This document shows, one piece after another, positions 54,977-64,000 of a stretch of 64,000 bases of DNA (the first letter of the stretch is position 1; every line of letters starts with the position of its first letter). Origin of the DNA: an uncultured Gemmatimonadales bacterium (lineage in GTDB: Bacteria > Gemmatimonadota > Gemmatimonadetes > Longimicrobiales > RSA9); the NCBI GenBank assembly GCA_963816355.1, contig CAWFKH010000001.1, positions 32,001 to 96,000 of the forward strand, given 5' to 3'. Made by a program: the position numbers and the translations under genes. Below the pieces are notes generated by a model. That model worked only from the letters and a program-made list of their open reading frames with translations, did no database searches and was not told the DNA's origin.

Positions 54977-55858
54977 ATGCGTCTGCCCCCCATCGCGCTC
55001 GTCGCCCTCCTGGGCGCCGCGCCGACCCTCTCCGCGCCACCTCTCTCCGCACAGGCGGTCCCGCGCGCGATCGCGGCCGATCCCGCGCGCGACACCGCGA
55101 ACCCCGCGCGCATGGAGGTCCTCCACATCCCGAGCGGCGGCGTGAGCATCAACGGCGTCGCCTATGTCGCCGCCGGCGCCGGCGCGCACCCCACGCTCCT
55201 CTTGCTGCACGGCTTCCCGGGCAACGAGCAGAACCTCGACCTCGCCCAGGCCGTCCGGCGGGCCGGCTGGAACGTGGTCACCTTCCACTACCGCGGCTCC
55301 TGGGGAAGCCCCGGCGACTACCGCTTCGCGCAGAACCTCGAAGACGCCGACGCCGCGCTCGCCTTTCTGCGCGACGGCGCTCACGCCCGCGCCCTCGGCG
55401 TTGACACGGCCCGGCTGGTCCTCGCCGGCCACAGCATGGGCGGCTGGGTCACGGCGCTCACCGCCGCTCACGACCACCATCTGCGCGGCGCGATCCTGAT
55501 CTCCGCCGCGGACATGGGGCTGCTCGGCACGATGAGCCGCGATCCGCTCGTCGCCTTCATGAGCCAGAACATGGAGTCGCTCGCGGGCGTCACCCCGGCC
55601 GATCTCGCGCACCAGCTGCTCGCCGCGCCCGCGGCGTGGCGCTTCGCGAGCGTCGCCGCGGGCCTCGCGGCGACGCCCATGCTCGTCGTCACCGCCGACG
55701 ACGGCATCGCCGGCCACTCGGACCGGCTCGTCGAGGCCGCGCGCGCGGCAGGGAACGATCGCGTGAGCACCCTCCACATCGCGACCGACCACTCCTATTC
55801 CGACGCGCGGATCGCCCTCGAAGCGGCCGTCCTGCGCTGGCTGGACGCGCTGCGCTGA
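54977..55858 (+). CDS. secreted alpha/beta hydrolase
   Basis: LLHGFPGNEQN, YRGSWGS, GHSMGG, TDHSYS. Confidence 0.85.
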   Translation: MRLPPIALVALLGAAPTLSAPPLSAQAVPRAIAADPARDTANPARMEVLHIPSGGVSINGVAYVAAGAGAHPTLLLLHGFPGNEQNLDLAQAVRRAGWNVVTFHYRGSWGSPGDYRFAQNLEDADAALAFLRDGAHARALGVDTARLVLAGHSMGGWVTALTAAHDHHLRGAILISAADMGLLGTMSRDPLVAFMSQNMESLAGVTPADLAHQLLAAPAAWRFASVAAGLAATPMLVVTADDGIAGHSDRLVEAARAAGNDRVSTLHIATDHSYSDARIALEAAVLRWLDALR

Positions 55859-55862
55859 AGGG

Positions 55863-57725
55863 TCAGTCCAGCTCGCGCACGGCGGCGACGGCGGGCGCGG
55901 CGCGCCACCCGGCGAGGCGCCGCCGCAGCGCCGCGGCGCGGTCGGCGAGGTAGCGCGGCAGGCGACGCGTCGTGAAGAGCCGGACTTCGCGCGCCACCAG
56001 CAGCGCGGCGATCGCGGCGAGCGACAGCCACGGCGCGAAGCGGCGGTTCCCCGGGAGCCGCCAGAGCAAGTCGTCCTTCTGGAAGCGCGGCGCGGCGGCG
56101 GGGCCCGCCAGCATTCGACGCGCCGCGGCGAGCGCCTCCTCGCGGCCGCCGCCTTGCGGCAGCTCCAGCGCGCGGTCCACCGCCGCGACCGCCTCCTCGC
56201 TCGCGTCGATGCGCGCCACGGCGGCGTCGCACGCCGTTCGGTCCGTGAGGCCGTATTCGGCGCGCAGCCGCGCCAGGCCGCGCATCGCCTCGTAGGTCGC
56301 GGCCACGATGTCGTCCCGCGTCATCCACTCGGTCTCGTAGTTGAGCACGTGCTTCCAGCTCGGCGCGGCGAGGGCGGCGCGGTGCTGCTCCAGCGTGCGG
56401 AAGCGCACGCGATAGCCGAAGCGCTCCGGCTCCTCGTACGCCGGGCTGCCCGGATCCAGGAACGGCGACAGCGGCGCCACGAAGAAGGAGAGGCGGCGGT
56501 CTGCGCCGAACCGCTCGAGCAGCGCACGGCAGTACTCCACGCATCCCACCGCGTCGTCGCGACTCTGGCCCGGCAGCCCCACCATGAAGAAGAGGTCGAC
56601 GCGCCCGACGCCGTTCTCCAGCGCCCGCTCGAGCGTCTCCTCGATCGCCTCGTTCGAGCACGCGAAGCGGTGGTTCGCGCGCCGGATCCGCTCCTGGTGG
56701 GACTCCAGCGTGATCTCCAGGCTCCATCGCGGCACGGCCTCCCCCACGCGCCGCAGGAAATCGTCCCGGGCCGGGTAGAACAGCTCGAAGACGAGCTCGT
56801 TGCGCGGCTTCATCTCGCGCAGGAGCTCCAGGAAACGGCGCTCGTACGCCCGGCCGCCGTGCCGCAGGTCGTGGAACAGCAGGATCGGCGCGCGGCTGAA
56901 CCGCTGGATCCGGCCCACGTCGGCCACCAGCGCCTCGGGCGCGCGGAACGCCGGTCGCGAGCGGTTGCAGATCAGCCGGTAGGCCGAACGCGAACCGCCG
57001 CAGATGGTGCAGTTCATCGAGCACCCTCGCGACGTCAGCAGCGCGGTCATCGGATAGTTCATCCAGCCGCTGAACGGAAGCACGCTCGACAGGCTGCCGT
57101 ACTTGAAGACGGAGCGGATGACGTAGAAGATGTCCGGCACCGACGTCCCGTCCATGCGCGCCGGAACGTGCGAGAGCGCGTTCGACACCGGCGCGCCGTC
57201 CGCGCGCTTCCAGTCCAGGTTCGGGATCGACTCGAAGCCGCCGCCCGCCGCGAGCGCCCCCATCAGCATCGCCATCGGCGCCTCCGTCGAGTCGCCGCGC
57301 AGCACGAAGTCCACGAAGGGCGAGCGGATCAGCTCGTCGTGAAAGTACGACGACGACAACCCGCCGAAGACGACCGGCGTGTCCGGATGATGGCGCTTGA
57401 GGATGCGCGCCAGCTCCATCGCGCCGTGCGCGTGGGGGAGCCAGTGCAGCCCGATCCCGAAGACCGCCGGGTGCAGCGCGGCCAGCTCCGCTTCCGGGTC
57501 GTAGGCGCCATCGGCGAGCATGCGATGCGCGATGTTCAGGATGCGGACGTTGTAGCCCCGCTCCTCCAGGTGCTGGGCGATGCTCGTCAGGCCGATCGGG
57601 TACATCTCGAAGACCGGCGTCGAGAAGACGACGTCGCTCACCGGACCGTACACCGAGCCCGTCTCGCGGAAGCCGTAGACGCTCGGCGGATGGAGAAGGA
57701 CCAGGTCGGTGGCGAAGAGTCGCAT
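55863..57725 (-). CDS. B12-binding domain / radical SAM protein (TIGR04190-like)
   Basis: LLHPPSVY.FR, FEMYPIG, LHWLPH.HG, CSMNCTIC (CxxxCxxC), FLDPGS, LNYET. Confidence 0.85.
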   Translation of the reverse strand: MRLFATDLVLLHPPSVYGFRETGSVYGPVSDVVFSTPVFEMYPIGLTSIAQHLEERGYNVRILNIAHRMLADGAYDPEAELAALHPAVFGIGLHWLPHAHGAMELARILKRHHPDTPVVFGGLSSSYFHDELIRSPFVDFVLRGDSTEAPMAMLMGALAAGGGFESIPNLDWKRADGAPVSNALSHVPARMDGTSVPDIFYVIRSVFKYGSLSSVLPFSGWMNYPMTALLTSRGCSMNCTICGGSRSAYRLICNRSRPAFRAPEALVADVGRIQRFSRAPILLFHDLRHGGRAYERRFLELLREMKPRNELVFELFYPARDDFLRRVGEAVPRWSLEITLESHQERIRRANHRFACSNEAIEETLERALENGVGRVDLFFMVGLPGQSRDDAVGCVEYCRALLERFGADRRLSFFVAPLSPFLDPGSPAYEEPERFGYRVRFRTLEQHRAALAAPSWKHVLNYETEWMTRDDIVAATYEAMRGLARLRAEYGLTDRTACDAAVARIDASEEAVAAVDRALELPQGGGREEALAAARRMLAGPAAAPRFQKDDLLWRLPGNRRFAPWLSLAAIAALLVAREVRLFTTRRLPRYLADRAAALRRRLAGWRAAPAVAAVRELD

Positions 57726-58044
57726 GCAGCCCTCGGGGTCGAACCGGTGCCCCCCGCGGGTGGCCGGCTGCTTCCACGATATCCCGTGCAATGGCGGCGC
57801 GCCGTCGGAATCCGGCCGATGCCCCGTCGGGAAAGACCCCCGGCGGCCGTCCCCTGCGACGACCCGGCGACCGCGCGCCGCGCCGACGTGACGACGCGCC
57901 GCGGCGATGACGGCCCGTCACCCGGCCGTGACGGCGCGCGACCCGGCCGTGACAGTGCGCCCGTCGCGCGTTAAGATCGCTCCGGCCAGCGTGCGAGACA
58001 CGCACTCGTCCGCATTCGTTGCCCGCAGCCGCGTCGCCTCTCCC

Positions 58045-58761
58045 ATGACATCTGCACGACAGCGACACCCACGCCGACACCCCGGCGGACGCCCACGCCC
58101 GCACCGGCCGTTGCTCGCCGCGGCCGCGGGGATCCTGGCCGCGGCCGCGACCATCGCCCTCGCGAGCTCGCCGCTGTCCGCGCAGCGCACGGCCGCGCCG
58201 CCGCGCGACCATACGCAGGCGGACGCCGCGTTCATGCAGGGGATGATCGTCCACCACGCGCAGGCGGTCGTGATGTCCGACTGGGCGCCGTCGCACGGCG
58301 CGAGTCCGGCGCTGCGGGTGCTCACGCGACGCATCGCGCTCTCGCAGCGCGACGAGATCGCGCTGATGCAGCGCTGGCTGCGGGACCGGCATCTGGACGC
58401 TCCGGATCCCCTGCACATGCTGGACGCCGACACCGGCGCCGTGCACGACACGAGCCCGCTGCACATGCCGGGCATGGACATGGGCGACCACCCGATGATG
58501 ATGGCCGGGATGCTCACGCCCGCGGAGATGCGCGCGCTCGACGCGGCGCGCGACACCGCCTTCGACCGCCTCTACCTCACCGGCATGATCAAGCACCATC
58601 AGGGGGCGCTCGACATGGTCGCCCACCTGTTCGCGCAGCCGGGTGCGGGACAGCAGCCCGAAATCTCCACGTTCGCCACCGACATCGACGCGGGCCAGCG
58701 GGCCGAGATCGGCCGCATGCAGGCCCTTCTGGAAACCCTCACTCCGGGTGGAACACGATGA
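58045..58761 (+). CDS. DUF305 (ferritin-like, CopM-like) exported protein
   Basis: Paired MIVHHAQA and MIKHHQGA; Met/His-rich linker. Confidence 0.88.
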   Translation: MTSARQRHPRRHPGGRPRPHRPLLAAAAGILAAAATIALASSPLSAQRTAAPPRDHTQADAAFMQGMIVHHAQAVVMSDWAPSHGASPALRVLTRRIALSQRDEIALMQRWLRDRHLDAPDPLHMLDADTGAVHDTSPLHMPGMDMGDHPMMMAGMLTPAEMRALDAARDTAFDRLYLTGMIKHHQGALDMVAHLFAQPGAGQQPEISTFATDIDAGQRAEIGRMQALLETLTPGGTR

Positions 58762-60710
58762 CCGATCCCGCTCGCCTCCGCGCCGCCTCCGCCGTCTGTG
58801 GCGGGCTGTGCCTCCTCGTCGCCTCGCTCGCCCTCGCCGCCCCCGCGCGGGCCCAGTCGAGCACGACCGATCCGCGCGCGGCGCTCACGGCCGGCCTCCA
58901 CGACGCGGGCGTCGCCAGCCGGGGACTGGAGCGGGTGGCCCACCGCGACAAGCCGGACGTGTTCCACCCGGACGATCCGGGCGGGCTGATCTACGCCAAC
59001 TCGGACCTCGCCTTCGGCGGCCACTACGCGTTCCAGGGGAACTTCAGCGGGCTGCAGATCTGGGACATCGCCGATCCGGCCGCACCGAAGCTGGTCGACT
59101 CGGACGTCTGCTTCACCGAGCAGGGCGACGTCTCCGTCTACGGCAACCTGCTCTTCGTCTCGGCGGAGAACACCGGCAGCCGACTCGACTGCGGCACGCA
59201 GGGCGTGCAGGACAGGGTGAGCGATCAGCGCATGCTCGGCATCCGCATCTTCGACATCTCCGATCCGCGCCACCCCAGGCAGGTCGCCGACGTCCAGACC
59301 TGCCGCGGCTCGCACACCCACACGCTGGTGAGCGACCCCGCGGACAAGGGCGTCGTGTACGTGTACGTCTCCGGGCTGGCCGGCGTCCGCCCGAGCCGCG
59401 AGATGCCCGGCTGCGAGAGCGGCGACATCACCGATCCCAACACCGCGCTCTTCCGCATCGAGGTCATCCGGGTGCCGCTCGATCACCCGGAACGCGCGGC
59501 GATCGTCAGCTCCCCGCGCATCTTCAACGACCTCACCGCACCGCCGTCGCACGGCGTGGCCTATGCCGACACGGCGAACGGCGCCGCGCTGGCCACCGCC
59601 CGCCGCCGCCTGTCCCGGCTCGGGCTGCCGCCGACGACGACGGCCGCGGACTCGGAGCGCGCGGCGCGCCTGTACGCGAGGGTGAGCAGCGACGGCGACG
59701 ACGCGGCCGTCGCGGCGGCCCGCGATTCGCTCGTCGCGATGGGAGCCAGCGGCCGCGCGATCAGCGGCCGATCCCGCGGCGGCCCGTCGCAGTGCCACGA
59801 CATCACGGTCTACCCGGCCATCGGGCGGGCCGCCGGCGCGTGCTCCGGATACGGCCTGCTCCTCGACATCCAGGACCCCATGCACCCGCGCCGCCTCGAC
59901 GCCGTCGCCGACTCCAACTTCTCCTTCTGGCACTCGGCCACCTTCAGCAACGACGGCTCGAAGCTGCTCTACACGGACGAATGGGGCGGCGGCACGCAGG
60001 CGAAGTGCCGCGCCACCGACCCGAAGGAGTGGGGCGCCGACGCGATCTTCACCCTTCGCGGCGGATCGCTCCGGCAGGCCGGCTACTTCAAGATGCCGGC
60101 GGCGCAGACGCCCGAGGAGAACTGCGTCGCGCACAACGGCGGCCTGGTCCCGGTGCCGGGCCGCGACATCATGGTCCAGGGATGGTACCAGGGCGGCATC
60201 TCCGTCTTCGACTGGACCGATCCGGACCACCCGAAGGAGATCGCGTACTTCGACCAGGGGCCGATCGACGCGTCGAAGCTGGTGCTCGGCGGCTACTGGG
60301 CCGGCTACTACTACAACGGCTACATCTACGGCTCCGAGATCGCGCGCGGCTTCGACGTGTTCGAGCTGACGCCCACGCCCGACCTGACGCAGAACGAGAT
60401 CGACGCCGCGAAGCTCGTCCGCTTCGAGCGTCTCAACCCGCAGAACCAGCCGAAGCTCGTGTGGCCCGCCGCCTTCCCCGTCGCGCGCGCCTACCTCGAC
60501 CAGCTCGTGCGCGACGACGGCCTGCCCGGCGCACGCACGGCCGCGATCGCGAAGGCGCTCGACGGCGCCGAGAAGATGCGGGGCGCCGCGCGGTCCGGCG
60601 CGCTCGCGAAGCTCGCCGGCGAGCTCGGCTCCGACGCGCAGCGCGCGAGCGACGCGCCGCGCGTGCGCGCGCTGGCCGACGTGGTGCGGGAGCTCGCGAA
60701 GACGCGGTAG
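58758..60710 (+). CDS. LVIVD-repeat secreted beta-propeller protein
   Basis: NSDLAF, QGDVSVYG, CRGSHTH, CHDI, FWHSA, DEWGGG, CVAHN; coupled to DUF305 by ATGA. Confidence 0.85.
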   Translation: MTDPARLRAASAVCGGLCLLVASLALAAPARAQSSTTDPRAALTAGLHDAGVASRGLERVAHRDKPDVFHPDDPGGLIYANSDLAFGGHYAFQGNFSGLQIWDIADPAAPKLVDSDVCFTEQGDVSVYGNLLFVSAENTGSRLDCGTQGVQDRVSDQRMLGIRIFDISDPRHPRQVADVQTCRGSHTHTLVSDPADKGVVYVYVSGLAGVRPSREMPGCESGDITDPNTALFRIEVIRVPLDHPERAAIVSSPRIFNDLTAPPSHGVAYADTANGAALATARRRLSRLGLPPTTTAADSERAARLYARVSSDGDDAAVAAARDSLVAMGASGRAISGRSRGGPSQCHDITVYPAIGRAAGACSGYGLLLDIQDPMHPRRLDAVADSNFSFWHSATFSNDGSKLLYTDEWGGGTQAKCRATDPKEWGADAIFTLRGGSLRQAGYFKMPAAQTPEENCVAHNGGLVPVPGRDIMVQGWYQGGISVFDWTDPDHPKEIAYFDQGPIDASKLVLGGYWAGYYYNGYIYGSEIARGFDVFELTPTPDLTQNEIDAAKLVRFERLNPQNQPKLVWPAAFPVARAYLDQLVRDDGLPGARTAAIAKALDGAEKMRGAARSGALAKLAGELGSDAQRASDAPRVRALADVVRELAKTR

Positions 60711-60759
60711 CGCGAAGACGCGGTAGCGCGGGGCCGAGCGCAAGCGCGAGGCCGCCGGA

Positions 60760-63700
60760 TCAGGGCGGCGTCAGTGAGAACACCGCGTCGCGGCTGACGA
60801 CGCTGCCGGCGACGTTCCTGGCCAGGAGCTGGAAGCGCGTGGTCGCGGCAGGGACGGGCCGGTACACGTAGTAGTAGACGAAATCGGCGGCGGCGGGGCC
60901 GCTCGAGAGCTGGACGTGCACGTCGGCCGGCAGGCTTCCGTAGCGGCCTATCGGCATGGCGGGCACGAGTTGCGTCCACGGCTGGCGCGGGTGCTCGGCG
61001 TCGCCGTCGAAGACGCGGAGGAAGAGCTCGTCGGCCCACGACGTCGTGACCTGCAGCCGCAGCTCCGTCACCCCTTGCAGGGGCGCGAGCGACACCGCTT
61101 CGGCGAACGCCATCGCCGCCGGATCGAACAGGAGGAGCACCGGCACTGGCGGGGGGCTGAGCGTCCGGACATCGGCGATGAGGGCGTACTCGCTCAGGCT
61201 CGCGATCTTGTGCTCCCCGTCGGCACCGTCGTCGAAGCCGACCGGTACATCCACGGAGGCCTTGCTCAGCCAGTCGTTCGGATTGAACCAGGGGAAGCCG
61301 GGGTTGTCGAACTCGATGCCGGCGGCGGTGAGGAGAAGATGCGAGTCGGGCTTGAAGCTGCCTTGGAGGGGAGGCGCGTCGAGGCGGACATGGTCGCCGG
61401 CAGCGGCCTGGATGAAGATCTTCCTGCGGCCGACGGCGGTGTAGTAGTCGTCCGTCGAGAGGCGGTCGACGGAGAGCCAGTACTGGAGCTCGCCTGGACC
61501 GACCGGATCGAAGTCGCGGAAGACTTCCACTCGCGGGGCGGAGACCTCGAGTCGTTTCGGGACATGCTGGATGGGGACATCGGCGCTCGCAACCCGGTTG
61601 CGCAGGCCGACGTGCGCCGTGAGCGCGTGGTCGTCGTCGTGCAGCCGGAGCGTGGTGCCGGCGACGCCGAGCGGGATGCCCCACTCGCGCTCGTCGGCCC
61701 AGTCTCCACTCTGGCGTTTAAGAACCGTCGCCTCGACGGCTCCGAGGAGGCCAGCGGCGGTGTGCACCTCGAACCTCACATCGAAGCTCTCGTCGTCGCC
61801 GGCGGACTCCGGCAAGTACAGGGACGTGGTCCACGGACCGCCGCCGAGAGGCACCACCGCGCCGGAATCGATCGCGGCGACGGCGGGGTCGGCGTGCGGC
61901 CGCAGGGCGAAGGGGGCGCGTCCGATTTCGCCGCCGTCGACGAGGGCGACGACGTCGAAGCGGCGGCCATCGGCGAGCGCGGCCAGCGGATCCGACTGGG
62001 GGTCGCGTGAGGCTCCGCCCTTGGAACCGGTCCCGGCCTGCACCTCGAAGCTGTCGAAGGAGACGACGAGCCAATCGAGGTCCTCGGCGCCCAGGGTGGC
62101 ACGGTCGAAGACGAAGTCGACGTCCACCATCGCGCCGGTGGCGGTGACCACGTTGGGGCGGCCGTTCGCCGCGGCGGTCATCTGGCCCAGACCCGTCCGA
62201 TCGTCGACGCGGACCGAGGCGGCGAAGGTGCCGAGATCGAGGACGAACAGCTGGAACTCGGCCTCGAGGGTCTCGCGCGTGAGCGGGTAGGCCGCCGGCT
62301 CGCCATCGGGAGTGGCGGACTGCCCGCGGGCCCGCCCCGCGCGCTCGCGGCCCAGGCCCTCGAACAGGATTTCGAGCAGGACGCCGCCGCAGCCGCGCGG
62401 CGTCTTCGGCCGCCAGTATTCGAGGCGTGCGGCACCCTCAATGTGCAGCCGGCCGACGCGGTCGACGTCGTGCGCGGCCGTGTCCCCTAGCAGCGTCGAC
62501 GAGAGCTCGAGCAGCACCGGGCGCGGGTGTGTCGGCGGGCGCAGCGTGGCACCGTCGAAGTGATCGCGCTCGGTCGCCCCCGGCGCGCCGGCCGGGCCGG
62601 GGAGATCGATCAGCGTACGCGTCTCCTGCATGCTGAGCACCTGCGCGGGGCCGCCGGGCAGGCCATCGTGCTCGGTGGAAAGCGTGTACTGGAGGTGAAG
62701 CACCGGCAGCCCGAGCTCCGGACTCTCGCGTCGTTCTCCGCGCAATCGCCGCAGAACCTCCGCAAGGCCGGACTGCAGGTACGCCATCCAGCGGGCGAAC
62801 GGCTTCTCTTGGTCGTTCAGCCGGAGCTGCAGCGGCCGGAACTCGAAGCCCTCGCGCGGCACGACCTCGTGACTCAGCCGGGCGCCCGCGCGGCCGTGCT
62901 GGGCGAGCCGCTCGAAGTCAATCTCGAGGCGGAGTGATCCGGGTTCGTCGGGGTCCGGCGCCACGGCGATCCGGCCGTAGCGCACGAAACGGTCGGCGGC
63001 GCGCTGGATGTCGATCCCTCGCGGCAGGTCCAGGACAGCGAGGAGGTTCATGGGCAAGAGCGTCGAGGGCAGGACCGGGTCGCGCCACCGCGCCTCCGTG
63101 ATGAGACGGGTCACGAGGTTGAGGCCGACGCCGAGTGCTGCCTGGTCGGCGGCAGTGGCCGGGAACGCCGCGTCGTCGAGCAGGATCGGCAGTCCGAAGA
63201 GGATTGCGAGCGGCAGCGTTAACATCTGCGGATCGATCGCACCCGACACCGCCGCCGCGACCGCCTGCTCCAGAGCTGCTCTTCCAGCGAACCGGGTATC
63301 CGCGTCGACCACCACATCGGTGCTCCAGTCGAGGCGGCTGGCGCGAACTCGTGGCAGGAAGAAGACGGTCACGGTCAGGCTGTGGATCTCGATGTCGGGG
63401 CCGTCGATCACCTTGACCTCCGGCACGCCGGCGTCGACCGACTCGAGCGTGAGGCTCGCCGCCACCGCAGGTCTGCCGGACCGCTCCACGACCCGCAGAT
63501 CGAGCGCCCCGATCCCGCGCGCGGGATCCACGGCGAGATTCTGCGCGATCGCGATCTGAGTGAGCCCAAGTGCGAAGGCGGCCGGAAGCGTCCAGAGCCC
63601 GAGGAAGGGGAGGGCGAGTAGTGCCAGCGCCTCGAACGGCAGCGGAGCGTTCTCGTCGATGGCGTTCGCCGCGAACTCGCCGACGACCACCGGCAACTCG

Positions 63701-64000
63701 ATGGGCACCTCGGCGCGGGCGCCGAGCGCCCGCAACAGCGGTTGCACGAACGGCGGCAATGAGATCTCCGTTCGGCCAGCGTTCAGATACGCCGCGAAGC
63801 CGCCGGCTCCGCCGCCGAACTTAAGGCGGCGGTCGACGATCTCGACGTGGCCGGCGTCGGACCACGGTGCATCCGTGAACCAGCGGGGATAGTCGATCAC
63901 GCCGTCGGGCGGGAAGCCGATGTACGCCGTCACCGGCACGGGGAACGTACCGAACCGCTCGCCGCCCGCGACGGGCGTCGTGCTGTTGAACATTAGATAG
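60760..64000 (-). CDS. large hypothetical multidomain protein (at least 1077 aa, probably starts outside the window)
   Basis: Long ORF with protein-like composition; frame open to the window edge; no family recognised. Confidence 0.7.
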   Translation of the reverse strand, partial: YLMFNSTTPVAGGERFGTFPVPVTAYIGFPPDGVIDYPRWFTDAPWSDAGHVEIVDRRLKFGGGAGGFAAYLNAGRTEISLPPFVQPLLRALGARAEVPIELPVVVGEFAANAIDENAPLPFEALALLALPFLGLWTLPAAFALGLTQIAIAQNLAVDPARGIGALDLRVVERSGRPAVAASLTLESVDAGVPEVKVIDGPDIEIHSLTVTVFFLPRVRASRLDWSTDVVVDADTRFAGRAALEQAVAAAVSGAIDPQMLTLPLAILFGLPILLDDAAFPATAADQAALGVGLNLVTRLITEARWRDPVLPSTLLPMNLLAVLDLPRGIDIQRAADRFVRYGRIAVAPDPDEPGSLRLEIDFERLAQHGRAGARLSHEVVPREGFEFRPLQLRLNDQEKPFARWMAYLQSGLAEVLRRLRGERRESPELGLPVLHLQYTLSTEHDGLPGGPAQVLSMQETRTLIDLPGPAGAPGATERDHFDGATLRPPTHPRPVLLELSSTLLGDTAAHDVDRVGRLHIEGAARLEYWRPKTPRGCGGVLLEILFEGLGRERAGRARGQSATPDGEPAAYPLTRETLEAEFQLFVLDLGTFAASVRVDDRTGLGQMTAAANGRPNVVTATGAMVDVDFVFDRATLGAEDLDWLVVSFDSFEVQAGTGSKGGASRDPQSDPLAALADGRRFDVVALVDGGEIGRAPFALRPHADPAVAAIDSGAVVPLGGGPWTTSLYLPESAGDDESFDVRFEVHTAAGLLGAVEATVLKRQSGDWADEREWGIPLGVAGTTLRLHDDDHALTAHVGLRNRVASADVPIQHVPKRLEVSAPRVEVFRDFDPVGPGELQYWLSVDRLSTDDYYTAVGRRKIFIQAAAGDHVRLDAPPLQGSFKPDSHLLLTAAGIEFDNPGFPWFNPNDWLSKASVDVPVGFDDGADGEHKIASLSEYALIADVRTLSPPPVPVLLLFDPAAMAFAEAVSLAPLQGVTELRLQVTTSWADELFLRVFDGDAEHPRQPWTQLVPAMPIGRYGSLPADVHVQLSSGPAAADFVYYYVYRPVPAATTRFQLLARNVAGSVVSRDAVFSLTPP

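Noticed and set aside
57730..58040. Cobalamin riboswitch upstream of the radical SAM gene
   Set aside because: No recognisable B12-box motifs

Overview
Very GC-rich bacterial chromosomal window. Gene content (VPS10/BNR propeller proteins, DUF5916, DUF305+LVIVD pair, TRAP transporter, many secreted hydrolases) suggests Gemmatimonadota; this is inference only. The backbone carries signalling kinases, a TRAP transporter, a thiol-redox cluster (ccdA, TlpA, a UGA-recoded selenocysteine peroxiredoxin, msrA), prlC, pfkA, infA, amidase, an ABC exporter, hutU-clpP-hutF, lon, tatC and a B12/radical SAM enzyme. A visibly lower-GC island (~27.2-32.2 kb) holds the best candidate for an undescribed system: an unannotated 24-aa hydrophobic peptide ORF with a perfect SD, enclosed by a 13-bp long-range RNA helix, directly upstream of a multi-TM membrane-sensor HD-GYP phosphodiesterase. 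The same island has a Zn-ribbon gene and an RHH/Mrr-type endonuclease/M.PvuII-like methyltransferase operon. Other points: an S1/P1 nuclease-M1 aminopeptidase fusion, a 212-bp direct duplication bracketing a 794-bp insert, two arrays of mini-hairpins joined by GGAAG linkers, and several sigma-54-type promoters. Several single-base indels and poly-C runs suggest long-read errors. No rRNA, tRNA, CRISPR array, integrase or transposase was seen. All family assignments come from motif recognition by eye, not database searches.
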